NCBI GenBank assembly: GCA_963727505.1
Contig: CAVSGP010000009.1
Location: 256,001-320,000, forward strand
Direction: 5' to 3'
From: an uncultured Trueperaceae bacterium
Lineage (GTDB): Bacteria; Deinococcota; Deinococci; Deinococcales; Trueperaceae
DNA length: 64,000 bases
The notes below the pieces were generated by a model. It was not told the origin of the DNA. It saw only the letters and a list, made by a program, of their open reading frames with translations, and searched no databases. The position numbers and the translations under genes are program-made. This document shows positions 8,959 through 21,258 of the stretch, piece after piece. Each line of letters begins with the position of its first letter. Positions within the stretch are counted from its first letter, which is position 1.

Positions 8959-11900
8959 TCACGGCACCGGCGCCAGCATGCGCTGCCGGTCGCGCCAGCG
9001 TGCGACCAGTGCGTCGGGCAGCCGCGCGGGACCGACGTCGGGGCGCTCCTCCAGACCCAGCAGCGCGCCGAGCCGGGCATGGGCGCGCCAGGCTCCATCG
9101 CTTGCGGGCATGCGCTCCGCACCTTCGCCGAAGGCGCGCAACAGGCCCTCGTGGTAGGCGGTCAGATCGGGGTCTTCGAGGGCGATGGCGAGCCGCTCGG
9201 CGGCCTCGCTGGAGGCGCCGTGCAGCAGCTGCGTAGCGCCGGCGAGCGCCACGTACTGCGCGCGCAGGCCCAGATCGCCGCGCTCCCGTCGGCCGTCGTC
9301 GGGGAGGGCGGCCCGCATCGCCATCTCCCCCTCGCTCAGGGCCTCCATGGCGCCGTCGGCGTCCCCCAGGCGTAAGCGCGCGGCCACCGCCGCGGCCAGC
9401 GCCTCGGCGCGCTGGTAGGCGAAACGCGACTCTCGGATCGCCTTCTCGGCGTGGCCCAGCGCGTCCTCGGGACGAGTCGCTACCAGGCTGGCGTGCAGGT
9501 GGGCCTGACGGACGAGCACGCCGTGCAGCTCGCGGTCGGGCTTGTCGTCGAGCGCGGCGAGCACCTCGCCGATGCGCTGGCGCGCGTGGCGAAGGTCGGG
9601 CTGATCGGTCTCGGGCAGCGGCAGCACCGGCAGCGGTAGACGGAAGGGCTGCGCCATGCCCCGGCAGGCGTACGCCAGCCCGATGTACAGCGTGGTTCGG
9701 AGCACCCGGTAGTCGGCGTCCACCTCCAGGGCGCGGGCATAGCTGCGGAAGCGCTCGATGTTGCGCGCCAGTGTGAACGTGGCCTCCTCGAAGGCGCCCT
9801 CGGCAAGCAACGCCAGCGCCGCCTCGTCGTCCACCTTGGCGAGCCAGAAGTCGCGCTCGATGGGCTCGGCGTCCGCCAGCTCGAGGATGTCGCGGGCGGC
9901 GCTGAAGTCCCGGCGCGCTGCCGTGAGGTTGCCCATGCGGCGGAAGAGCGTGCCGCGGCGCGACAGGAAGCGCGTCTGCTCCTGCACCAGGGCCTCCGAG
10001 CGGTAGGCCAGCTCGACGGCCAGGTCGAGCTCGCGGCGCGCCTGATCGAAGCGCCCCAGCTTGAGGCAGACGTCACCCTTCTGGAACGCAAGGCGTGCCC
10101 GGATGAGGTCCTCGTCGGTCACGACGGAATCGAACTCGCGCAGGGCGCTCTCCAGGTCGCCGCGGTCCTTGGCGATGAGGCCGGCCCACACCGAGACCTT
10201 GGCGCGCGCCAGGTTGCTGGCGCTGTCGTCGTCGGTCACACGCTCCAGCTCGGCGCTCGCGTCCTCGTCGACGAGGCGAGCGGCTTCGTCCAGGTCGCTG
10301 CGCCAGCGCGCGATGCTGGCGCGCACCAGTGCGACCTCGGCGCGGAGCAGGGGCACGCGCGTTCCGGGGCAGTTCTCCAGCAGGCGTTCGGCTTGCTCGT
10401 AGCGTCCCTTGAGCACCTCGCCCTCGGCGCGCTTGAGCGTGGTCCAGGCGCGCACGTCCGCGTCCTCGGACCGGGCGAGGGCCTCGAAGGCGCTGCGGGC
10501 GTCGGCGTGGTCGTAGCTGCCCAGCTTCACGTAGTGCGCGGCGACCTGCCGCGCGATGCCGTTGAATGCCGGACTCCCGCTCAGCTCCTCGGCCGCGGCG
10601 TGCCAGATGCGACGTACCAGCGACTGCTGGATGCTGTGGCGCTGCAGCCAGGCGGCCATGGTGTCCCAGTCGCGGGCTTCGAACGCATGGTGGAGGAAGC
10701 GTGACGCGCTCTCGCTGGCGGGATCGTCCCAGGCGGCCTCGCGGTAGGCGTCCGCGGCCTGGCGGTTCAGCTCCCTGTAGCGGGTGGGGTCGGCCTCCTG
10801 CATGCGCTGGCGCAGCGCCCTCGCGAGCTGGCGGGAGAAGCAACGAAAGCCGGCTTCATCGCCCGGCACCGGATCGAGGAAGGCGAGCTCGAAGGTGTTC
10901 AGGTCCTTCGCGCCGTCCTGTCGCAGCTGCATCAGGATGTCGGCGCGGAAGGTCGGGAACTCGGGCAGGGAGAGCGCGGCCAGTGCCGACAGGAAGTCAC
11001 GCAGGCCGGCGTCCCCCGAGGCGTCGACCAGCTTGCTGAGCTGCTCGATGGAGAGCTGGCTCCCCTCGAGCGCAGCCTCGCCGACCGGTTCGCGCACCTC
11101 CGCCAGCAGGGTGAGGGTGCGCAACTCCTCGAACGAGCGGCCCGCCCGCTGGACGATGTCCTCCTGCTGCGTGGGAGAGCGGTGAGGGAGTCGGGCCCTG
11201 ACGAAGCGACGGGCCTCGGCGGTGGTGGGGGGCGTGAGCTTGATCGGACCCTCGAACGCACCGAGGCGTTGCATGGCGCGAGCCGGCACGTCGGCCATGC
11301 TCGCGAGCAGCGCCACGTCGGGCAGCCGGCTGAGCGGCTCGAACAGCGACAGCCACAGCCACTCCGAGGCGCTCACGCGCGGCACTTCGGGGGTGTTCAG
11401 GCGCAGCGGCACCATGCCCAGGCTGTCCTGCCCCGCCATCGATTGGGACACGTGCAGGAGGAACACCATGCGTCCGCCGACCTGGCGCGCAGCGTCGATG
11501 ATGACGCGCGCAACCTCGGCCTGGGCGTCCGCCTGCACCGCGAAGGCGCTGGAGCTCCCGATGCGCAGCAACTTCGCCTCGATGAGCTCGTGCTGCACGC
11601 CCAGCGCCAGCGCCAGCCGGCTCAGGGCGCCGGCCAGGTCGCTCGCGGAGAACTCCAGCCGGACGATCCGATCGGCGGCGCGCGGCTGGATCTCCAGGGC
11701 CTGCTGGATGTAGTCGGCCAGCAAGGTCTTGCCCGAGCCGGGCCGGCCGGTGATCAGCAGGTGGGGGATCTCGCCGCCGCGGACGCCACCGACGAAGCTC
11801 CGGTAGGCACGTCGCTTCTCACGGCCCAGGAGCTGCAGCACCTCCTGTTCGGCCGAGCTGCCTGGTGAGAGCAGTACCTCCAGCTCCGGCGCCCGCAACG

Positions 11901-12156
11901 GCGGCTGGCCGGTGGTGGTCCAGAGCTCCCCTAGGATCTCGAACAGGACGCGCTTGTCGGCCAGTTTGCCCTTGTCGCGGTAGATGATGTTTCGTACGAC
12001 GTTGGGGTTTGCGCCCCGGCGTTCCATCTCTTTGCGCAGCCAGTTGATGCTGCCGAGAACGCCGTCGGCGTCGCGCTTATGCCCGACCGTCTTGCGCACG
12101 GCTTCGAAGATCGGGCGCCAGGGGCTGGCGTGCTCGTCGGAGGGGTCGGGAACCAT
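8959..12156 (-). CDS. Large P-loop NTPase + TPR-repeat protein (STAND-like), function unknown
   Basis: 1065 aa; Walker A 'GRPGSGKT'; C-terminal TPR-like helical repeats ('GDVCLKLGRFDQARRELDLAVEL', 'GTLFRRMGNLTAARRDFSAA'); TAAAAT 8 nt upstream. Confidence 0.75.
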   Translation of the reverse strand: MVPDPSDEHASPWRPIFEAVRKTVGHKRDADGVLGSINWLRKEMERRGANPNVVRNIIYRDKGKLADKRVLFEILGELWTTTGQPPLRAPELEVLLSPGSSAEQEVLQLLGREKRRAYRSFVGGVRGGEIPHLLITGRPGSGKTLLADYIQQALEIQPRAADRIVRLEFSASDLAGALSRLALALGVQHELIEAKLLRIGSSSAFAVQADAQAEVARVIIDAARQVGGRMVFLLHVSQSMAGQDSLGMVPLRLNTPEVPRVSASEWLWLSLFEPLSRLPDVALLASMADVPARAMQRLGAFEGPIKLTPPTTAEARRFVRARLPHRSPTQQEDIVQRAGRSFEELRTLTLLAEVREPVGEAALEGSQLSIEQLSKLVDASGDAGLRDFLSALAALSLPEFPTFRADILMQLRQDGAKDLNTFELAFLDPVPGDEAGFRCFSRQLARALRQRMQEADPTRYRELNRQAADAYREAAWDDPASESASRFLHHAFEARDWDTMAAWLQRHSIQQSLVRRIWHAAAEELSGSPAFNGIARQVAAHYVKLGSYDHADARSAFEALARSEDADVRAWTTLKRAEGEVLKGRYEQAERLLENCPGTRVPLLRAEVALVRASIARWRSDLDEAARLVDEDASAELERVTDDDSASNLARAKVSVWAGLIAKDRGDLESALREFDSVVTDEDLIRARLAFQKGDVCLKLGRFDQARRELDLAVELAYRSEALVQEQTRFLSRRGTLFRRMGNLTAARRDFSAARDILELADAEPIERDFWLAKVDDEAALALLAEGAFEEATFTLARNIERFRSYARALEVDADYRVLRTTLYIGLAYACRGMAQPFRLPLPVLPLPETDQPDLRHARQRIGEVLAALDDKPDRELHGVLVRQAHLHASLVATRPEDALGHAEKAIRESRFAYQRAEALAAAVAARLRLGDADGAMEALSEGEMAMRAALPDDGRRERGDLGLRAQYVALAGATQLLHGASSEAAERLAIALEDPDLTAYHEGLLRAFGEGAERMPASDGAWRAHARLGALLGLEERPDVGPARLPDALVARWRDRQRMLAPVP

Positions 12157-12282
12157 TGTGTGTCATTTTATCGCGGTCGGGTAAACAAGTACACAGTTGC
12201 GTCGGCCCGCGGGGCCCGGGGAGGTACCGCAGGGTAGGCGCGGACCCGGGTGGGAACGGGGGGCGGTGCTATGCTCGTGGGC

Positions 12283-13434
12283 ATGGACGTGCTCCAGAAG
12301 GCGGCAACAGGACGGCGTCTCACGCCGGACGAGGCCGCCGGTCTCTACCGCGCGCCACTGTTCGCGCTGGCGTCGGCCGCCGATGCCGTGCGCGGCTTGC
12401 GCACCGACCCCAAGGTCGTGACCTACCTGATCGACCGCAACATCAACTACTCCAACGTGTGCTCGGTGGCGTGCAGCTTCTGCGGCTTCTACCGCACGCG
12501 CCGCCAGGACGACGCCTACACCTTGAGCTACGACGCCATCTCCGAGAAGATCGCCGAGCTCGAGGCGGTCGGCGGTACCCGCATCCTGATGCAGGGGGGC
12601 GTCAACCGCTACCTGCCGTTCACCTGGTACACCGACCTCATGCGGTTCCTGAAGGAGCGCCACCCGACGATCCGGGTCGAGGCCTTCAGCCCCGAAGAGA
12701 TCAAGGGACTTGCGTCGCTCACCGGCATGTCGAGCCGGGAGGTGCTCGCGGAGCTACAGGCCGCGGGGCTCGACGGCCTTCCCGGCGGCGGCGGCGAGAT
12801 CCTGGTCGACGAGGTCCGGCACGCTGGGCATGTCGCTCCCGGGCGCATCGCATCCGACGAGTGGATCGCCATCATGGGCGAGGCGCAGGAGCTCGGCCTC
12901 TACACGACCGCCACCATGGTGATCGGTTTCGGCGAAACGCCCGAACAACGCGTGCAGAGCATGATGCGCATCCGCGATCAGCAGGATCGTGCCCTTGCCA
13001 CGCACGGCAACGGCTTCTCGGCGTTCATCTCCTGGACGCTGCAGACGCAGGGCGTGCGGATCGAGGGGCAGGCGCCGGGCGCTGGGGCGCACGAGTACCT
13101 CCAGAACGTGGCCGTGAGCCGGCTGCTCCTCGACAACGTCCCGAACTTCCAGGCCTCCTGGCCCACCATGGGGTACAAGGTCGCGCAGACCGCGCTCAGC
13201 TTCGGTTGCAACGACTTCGGGAGCACCATGCTGGAGGAGAACGTCGTGTCGCAGGCGGGCGCCCGTCACCGCTCTACGCCGGAACGCGAGATCGTGCGCC
13301 AGATCGTCGACGCCGGTTATCAGCCGGCACAACGCGACAGCCTCTACGGCATCGTGCGCCACCCCGATGTCGAGGCGCTTCTGGCGACGCCGGCAGCCGG
13401 CGACGCGCTGGAGGGCGCGGCCGCCGCGTCTTGA
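12283..13434 (+). CDS. mqnC: Cyclic dehypoxanthinyl futalosine synthase (radical SAM, menaquinone futalosine pathway)
   Basis: 'DRNINYSNVCSVACSFCGFYR', 'PGGGGEIL', 'FISWT', 'NDFGSTMLEENVV'; TATGCT 7 nt upstream. Confidence 0.88.
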   Translation: MDVLQKAATGRRLTPDEAAGLYRAPLFALASAADAVRGLRTDPKVVTYLIDRNINYSNVCSVACSFCGFYRTRRQDDAYTLSYDAISEKIAELEAVGGTRILMQGGVNRYLPFTWYTDLMRFLKERHPTIRVEAFSPEEIKGLASLTGMSSREVLAELQAAGLDGLPGGGGEILVDEVRHAGHVAPGRIASDEWIAIMGEAQELGLYTTATMVIGFGETPEQRVQSMMRIRDQQDRALATHGNGFSAFISWTLQTQGVRIEGQAPGAGAHEYLQNVAVSRLLLDNVPNFQASWPTMGYKVAQTALSFGCNDFGSTMLEENVVSQAGARHRSTPEREIVRQIVDAGYQPAQRDSLYGIVRHPDVEALLATPAAGDALEGAAAAS

Positions 13435-14591
13435 GCCGCGTGCTCGAGCGCACCATCCTGCGGGCGGAGGTCGTCTACAACGGGCTCGGCACGCCCCGCG
13501 CCGATGGCGCCGTCGTGGTGCAGGACGACGGCAACCGGCGCCAGGTGATCGCGGTCGAGAGCGCTCGCCGCGCGCGCGAGGCCTACCCCGATGCGCTACT
13601 GGAGGACGCAGGCTTCGCCGTGTCCCCCCCTCCCGTCAACGCCCATACCCACCTCGACCTCAGCGGGATGCCCTACAGCGCAGGCAGCTACGAGGACTTC
13701 ATCCGAGCGGTCATCCGCCACCGACGGGACGCGCCCGGCGGCGTCGAAGCTGCCCGGCGGGGCCTGGGCGAGGTGCTGCAAGGCGGCGTGCGCGTCATCG
13801 GCGACATCGTCACCGACGAGGCGGTCATGCGCTATCTGCTGCAGCAGACCGACGTCGCCGGGGTGGCGTACTGGGAGGTGATCGGCCCGGACCCGGCGGA
13901 CGCCGATCGGATCTTCGAGCGCACGCGGGCGCGGCTCGCCGACTTCCGCGAGCTCGAGCGGCCCGGTGGGGTTCGCGTCGGGCTCAGCCCGCACACCCCC
14001 CACACCGTCAGCGCACCGTTGCTGCAGCGGCTGGCGGCGCTGGCGCGCGCCGAGGGACTGCCGATGCAGATCCACGTGGCCGAGACCGCCGACGAGGTCG
14101 ATCTCCACCGCGACGGCAGCGGCGCGCTGGCAGGGTTCCTGGCCTCGTTCGGCGTGACGTGGCAGGCCACAGGGCTCAGCCCGGTCGGGTACCTGGCGTC
14201 GTTGGGCGTGCTCGAGGCGCGACCGACCCTCGTCCACATGGTGCATGTGGGGGAGGAGGATGTGCGCACCGTGCAGCGCGCCGATTGTGCGGTGGTGCAC
14301 TGCCCCCGTTCCAACGAGGCGCTGGGGTGCGGGCGCTTCCCGTGGGAGCTGTATGCGCGCTTCGGCGTCGACGTTGCCTTCGGTACCGACTCGCGCGGCT
14401 CGAGCCCGTCGCTGGCGGTCACCGACGAGGTCGCCTTCGCCCGCGAGGTACACGGCGCCAAGGCGAACCCGCAGGCCCTGGTGCGCGCTGCAGTCAAGGG
14501 CGGCTACCGTGCGCTGGGGATGACCCCACCTCGTGTGCGGCGCGGCGCCTCCGCCGATGCCATGTTCGTGTGGCCCGTGTCGACTGCGTGA
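13431..14591 (+). CDS. Metal-dependent amidohydrolase, probable aminodeoxyfutalosine deaminase
   Basis: 'VNAHTHLD', 'SPHTPHTVS', 'IHVAET', 'GTDS'; TTGA overlap with mqnC stop. Confidence 0.75.
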   Translation: MSRVLERTILRAEVVYNGLGTPRADGAVVVQDDGNRRQVIAVESARRAREAYPDALLEDAGFAVSPPPVNAHTHLDLSGMPYSAGSYEDFIRAVIRHRRDAPGGVEAARRGLGEVLQGGVRVIGDIVTDEAVMRYLLQQTDVAGVAYWEVIGPDPADADRIFERTRARLADFRELERPGGVRVGLSPHTPHTVSAPLLQRLAALARAEGLPMQIHVAETADEVDLHRDGSGALAGFLASFGVTWQATGLSPVGYLASLGVLEARPTLVHMVHVGEEDVRTVQRADCAVVHCPRSNEALGCGRFPWELYARFGVDVAFGTDSRGSSPSLAVTDEVAFAREVHGAKANPQALVRAAVKGGYRALGMTPPRVRRGASADAMFVWPVSTA

Positions 14592-14674
14592 CATCGCCGA
14601 GGAACGCAGCGAACGTAGATTGGTGGCGAATCACTTCGGCCGGCGGCCGGGGACGCCCCACTCCTGGAGGACTC

Positions 14675-15001
14675 ATGGCTGACACGCAGGTATTGACCGA
14701 CGACAACTTCCAGAACGAGACCAGCGATGGGCTCGTGCTCGTGGACTTCTGGGCGCCCTGGTGCGGCCCTTGCCGCATGGTGAGCCCCGTCATCGAGGAC
14801 CTCGCGGGCGACTACGATGGCAAGCTGAAAGTCGGCAAGGTCAACGTCGACGACAACCAGCAGGTCGCCATGCAGTTCCGGGTGATGAGCATCCCCACGG
14901 TGATCCTGTTCAAAGACGGCCAGCCGGTCGAGACGATGATCGGCGCGCAGCCGAAGAGCGCCTACCAGGCGCGGCTGCAGCCCTACCTTCGCGCCAACTG
15001 A
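14675..15001 (+). CDS. trxA: Thioredoxin
   Basis: 'DFWAPWCGPC', 'SIPT'; GGAGG RBS. Confidence 0.96.
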   Translation: MADTQVLTDDNFQNETSDGLVLVDFWAPWCGPCRMVSPVIEDLAGDYDGKLKVGKVNVDDNQQVAMQFRVMSIPTVILFKDGQPVETMIGAQPKSAYQARLQPYLRAN

Positions 15002-15026
15002 GCACGACCCGAGCGCGGTCGTGAAG

Positions 15027-15058
15027 CACGGGTCGGCCCCCGCGGGGGCCGACCCGTG
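15027..15058. terminator. GC-rich hairpin between convergent genes
   Basis: cacgggtcggccccc-gc-gggggccgacccgtg, 15-bp arms. Confidence 0.65.
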
Positions 15059-15067
15059 GTCGTGTGC

Positions 15068-16999
15068 CTAGTGGATGGGGAGCGACCAACGCCGCACCAG
15101 CATCCCGTCGCGCCAGAGACTCCAACCCCGGCTCGTGCCGAGGTGCGCTGCCACCGCGTCGAGCGCATCGGCGGGGAGCTCGGTGACGTCGAGGAGATGG
15201 CCCAGATCGGGCGGTGTGGGCCCCTGGCCTCCGGGAGTCCCGGCCCCGCCGGCCGCCTGTCGGGCTCCCGCCATGCCCGACTGGAGGGCGAAGGCCACAG
15301 GTTGCGACAGTGCGCGCAGGATCGACGCGGCGCCGCGGAGCCTGGCCGCATCATCGGCCGCCCACACCGCATGCGCGTCGGCGGGGGCCGTGGCGAGGGC
15401 CGTGGCCAGGGAACCGGCGTGCAGCGTCGGTCCGCCGCGGTAGGTGTCGATGACGCTGTGCAGCGCCGCCGACGGGGACGCCACCACCAGGCGGCTGCCG
15501 ACCAGCGCCACGCCCACGTCGGAGCCCGGGCCGGACTGGACGCGGGTGATGGCGACGTCGCGATAGCGTTCACGGCGGATGGCGATCATCGCCTGCGGGT
15601 CGAGACCGGCCGCCTTCAGGGCGCCGGCGCCTGTGCCCCCGCGCGGGAGCCGTGCCAGCAACTGCTCGAGTGCGGGTCCGAGCCGGGAGAGGCCTGCCTG
15701 GGCTCGATCGGCCGAGGCGACCGGCACGATGGTCACCCGTGCGGCTGCGCCGACGAGCGCCTGTGGCGTGCCCGCCGGGGCGGGCAGCTCGACGGTGGTG
15801 GCGACCGTGCCGAGCCAGGGGAAGAGATCGGCGCCGAGATCGAGCCCGGTCTGCTGCTTCAGAAGCGCCAGCGGATCGATCTCGCCGCCGCTGGCCGCCG
15901 TGACGTCGCGAGCCAGCCCGGCGAGGTAGGTCGTCCAGGCCTGCAAACGCATGGGGGAGGCGTCGACGGACCAGGCATCGGCCGGGACCAACAGACTGGG
16001 ACGGGCATGGCAACCGTCGCAGCGCAGCAACGCCGCCAGCGCGGGGTCGCCGCCGGCGGCGTCGACGCGGGTCCAGGACTCGACCAGAAGACCTTCGGGC
16101 TGCGCCGAGAGCCGCGCCGCGACCCACGGAACGGTGCGGAGCGCGTCCTGCAGCTTCGTGCGGGCGGCGCGCGCCGTCGCGTCCGAGGCGATCCCCGGCA
16201 GGGAGCCCAGCAGGTCGGCGATGCCGGCCATGTCGACGCTCACGCCTACGCCGGGGCCGTTCAGGGCGGGGACGGCGTCCGGGATGCGATCGGCCAGGCT
16301 GGGCTCGCTGGTGCCGTGGGCCAGTCGCACGGCGGCGCGTAGCAGGTCCACACTGGTTGCCGCTGCCACGACGTCGCCGATCCGGGCGACGGTGAGGATG
16401 GAGCCCTTGAGCGACAGCGGTTGGAGCGTTACGCCGTCCTGCCCCAGCGGGGCGCCCGAGCCGAAGCAGCGCGTCAGGGCCGCGATGGCGTCGTCGGCCG
16501 CGGCGTGGGCGTCCGGCGCCAGGCGCGCCAACAGGAGCGCCGACGGGGCCGGGGCGTAGGACGTGGCGGAGACGGCAAGGAGCGCTTCCCGCGTGGACGG
16601 CAGGGGGCTTCGCCCGAGATCGGGACAGGCGGAGTGCAGCGCGTCTCGTGCGTTCCCGTCTTGCAGCAGGCGGGCGGCCGTGCTCAGCGCCTGCGCGGCC
16701 CCGTCGTTGTGCACCGACGGCGCGTTGGCGGCCGACGCGAGCGTGCGTAGCACGTCCGTGAGCGTTGCCGCGGCGCCCGCCGTGTCGAGGTCGGCGAGGG
16801 CACTGGAGAGGGCCGGGTAGCTCGCCCCCGCCTTCGCGACGTGCACGGCCAGAAGCGTGGAGGCCGGGGCGAGGGCGGTGAGCGACGCGGCCGCGCCGGC
16901 GGCGGCTGCTCCCAACGCGACCGTCGCCGCGACGACGCGGAGGAGCGCAGGGAGGGAGGTGCCGGGGCGAAGCCGGCGCGGTCGTGAACGGTCGGACAT
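15068..16999 (-). CDS. Hypothetical exported protein (DUF3352-like)
   Basis: 643 aa, Arg-rich/hydrophobic signal peptide, Ala-rich; 'GLDLGADLFPWLG' recalls DUF3352-type proteins. Confidence 0.6.
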   Translation of the reverse strand: MSDRSRPRRLRPGTSLPALLRVVAATVALGAAAAGAAASLTALAPASTLLAVHVAKAGASYPALSSALADLDTAGAAATLTDVLRTLASAANAPSVHNDGAAQALSTAARLLQDGNARDALHSACPDLGRSPLPSTREALLAVSATSYAPAPSALLLARLAPDAHAAADDAIAALTRCFGSGAPLGQDGVTLQPLSLKGSILTVARIGDVVAAATSVDLLRAAVRLAHGTSEPSLADRIPDAVPALNGPGVGVSVDMAGIADLLGSLPGIASDATARAARTKLQDALRTVPWVAARLSAQPEGLLVESWTRVDAAGGDPALAALLRCDGCHARPSLLVPADAWSVDASPMRLQAWTTYLAGLARDVTAASGGEIDPLALLKQQTGLDLGADLFPWLGTVATTVELPAPAGTPQALVGAAARVTIVPVASADRAQAGLSRLGPALEQLLARLPRGGTGAGALKAAGLDPQAMIAIRRERYRDVAITRVQSGPGSDVGVALVGSRLVVASPSAALHSVIDTYRGGPTLHAGSLATALATAPADAHAVWAADDAARLRGAASILRALSQPVAFALQSGMAGARQAAGGAGTPGGQGPTPPDLGHLLDVTELPADALDAVAAHLGTSRGWSLWRDGMLVRRWSLPIH

Positions 17000-17027
17000 G
17001 GGCGTCCCCTTTCGGTTGCGCGGGGCG

Positions 17028-17393
17028 TCAGGGAAGGGCGACCCGACGGACGCCGTCGGGCGACACTTCCCAGGCCATCCCTGGGACCTGCGTGGAGCTG
17101 ATCCTCAGGCGGTAGGAGGCTCCGCCCTTGGGGTACGCCTCCAGCGTCCAGCGAGCACCTGCGGGGAGCTGGACGTCGACCAGCACGTTGGTGGTGTAGG
17201 CACCGGTCTCGAGATAGCCGATCGCCATGCGGTGGTAGACGATGCGGGCCGTGGTGTCGAGTTGCCGGGCGGCAGCGCCGTCGGGCAACGGCGCCTGCGT
17301 GGCGGGTGCACAGCTCACGAGCGCCAGGAGCAGAGCCACGACCGCGGCAGGCAGCCCGGCGCGGCGGGCGGGACGCGCGCGCTTCTCGTTCAC
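17028..17393 (-). CDS. Small putative lipoprotein
   Basis: GTG start, signal peptide ending 'LLALVSC'; TACGAT 6 nt upstream. Confidence 0.7.
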   Translation of the reverse strand: MNEKRARPARRAGLPAAVVALLLALVSCAPATQAPLPDGAAARQLDTTARIVYHRMAIGYLETGAYTTNVLVDVQLPAGARWTLEAYPKGGASYRLRISSTQVPGMAWEVSPDGVRRVALP

Positions 17394-17499
17394 GCCTCCA
17401 TCGTACAGGCTGCCCTGACGCGGCAGGTGGTGCACGGCCGGCCGCTGCGGCCGCTTGACGGCTGCGGCCGGCGCCTGCTGCAGGCCCGGTTCGCGCCCC

Positions 17500-18189
17500 T
17501 CAGCCCCGCCGGACGGGCGCCAGGGCGAGGCGCACGATGTAGCGCTGCGCCCCCTGCTTCTGCTCGTAACGCAGCAGCAGCTCGTACATCTCGCGCTGCA
17601 GGGCCTTGGCGTCCTCGAAGTCGAGGGTGACGCTGTCACGCCAGGAGGACAGCACCGCTGGGGCGTCGGCGTCGAGGGTGGTCGCGTCTGCCTCGGGGGT
17701 GACCGCGGTCTGGACCTGCAGCCTGCCGCGGTCGTCGCGGTAGACGCGTGTTCCCCAGGTGCCGAGCGCCTCCATGCGGGCGCGCACGACGTTGCGCCGC
17801 AGCAGCCGCTCCCAGTAGGCGTCGCGCTCTGCCAGCGACGCTTCGAGCGACTCGGCGGCGGTCGCCTCGAACGGCACGAAGAAGAGGTCGGCGGTGGTCC
17901 GGTAGAGCTTCATGGGCCGGCCGCGGCGTGGCAGCGTGGCGGCCACCTCGAGCAGCTCGGCGGCACGGAAGCGCCGGACCCGCTTGAGCACCGTGTTGGG
18001 CAGCTCGCCGGACTCCTCGGCCGCCTGACCGATGGTGCGCGCCCTTCCCAGGAAGGGGGCGATCTGGCGGAGGGTGGTCGGGTTCATGAGCAACTCGGCG
18101 GCGTCCGGGTCGCGGACCACGCGGTAGCGGAGGTCGGTTCCGGGGGGGCCGGCGTCCGAAGAGCTGCTACGTGACTTGTGCTCTTTCAT
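17500..18189 (-). CDS. Winged-HTH domain protein (ArsR-like N-terminus), putative regulator
   Basis: 'DAAELLMNPTTLRQIAPFLGRARTIGQAAEESG...VRRFRAAELL...GRPMKLY'; TACACT 7 nt upstream. Confidence 0.7.
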   Translation of the reverse strand: MKEHKSRSSSSDAGPPGTDLRYRVVRDPDAAELLMNPTTLRQIAPFLGRARTIGQAAEESGELPNTVLKRVRRFRAAELLEVAATLPRRGRPMKLYRTTADLFFVPFEATAAESLEASLAERDAYWERLLRRNVVRARMEALGTWGTRVYRDDRGRLQVQTAVTPEADATTLDADAPAVLSSWRDSVTLDFEDAKALQREMYELLLRYEQKQGAQRYIVRLALAPVRRG

Positions 18190-18450
18190 GTCACGTAGTG
18201 TAGTTCGAGACTGGGGCGGATGAGGAGAGTGGGTGCGATACGCGCCCGCCCGGACGAGCGACCGGGGCCGACGTCGGGACCGCAACGCGACCCGGACATC
18301 GCCAGCGAGCCGCTAGACTGGGGTCCGAGGCGGCGGCGCGCGCACGCGCCCACCAGGGCACGCCCGTGCTGCCGGTCTGCCCAACGGCGCCTCGATGTCG
18401 CCGAGGCCCCCCGACGGATCCGACGCCCTCTTCCAAGCGAAGGAGTGAGC

Positions 18451-21186
<2,736 letters not shown>

Positions 21187-21218
21187 AGGCGCGGCGGCGA
21201 CGGCCGCCGCGCCCGGTA

Positions 21219-21258
21219 ACGTCCGCGCCGGGTGGGATATCCCACCCGGCGCGGACGT
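21219..21258. terminator. Perfect 40-bp palindrome after acnA (terminator or cruciform)
   Basis: acgtccgcgccgggtgggat|atcccacccggcgcggacgt. Confidence 0.7.

Noticed and set aside
8959..12156. Avs-type anti-phage STAND defence system
   Set aside because: No recognisable nuclease, TIR, Sir2 or protease effector; host-like codon usage and a metabolic neighbourhood. Not fully excluded without a profile search
12156..14591. 811-aa ORF as a fusion protein
   Set aside because: The N-terminal part is an off-frame shadow of mqnC; the real amidohydrolase starts at about 13431
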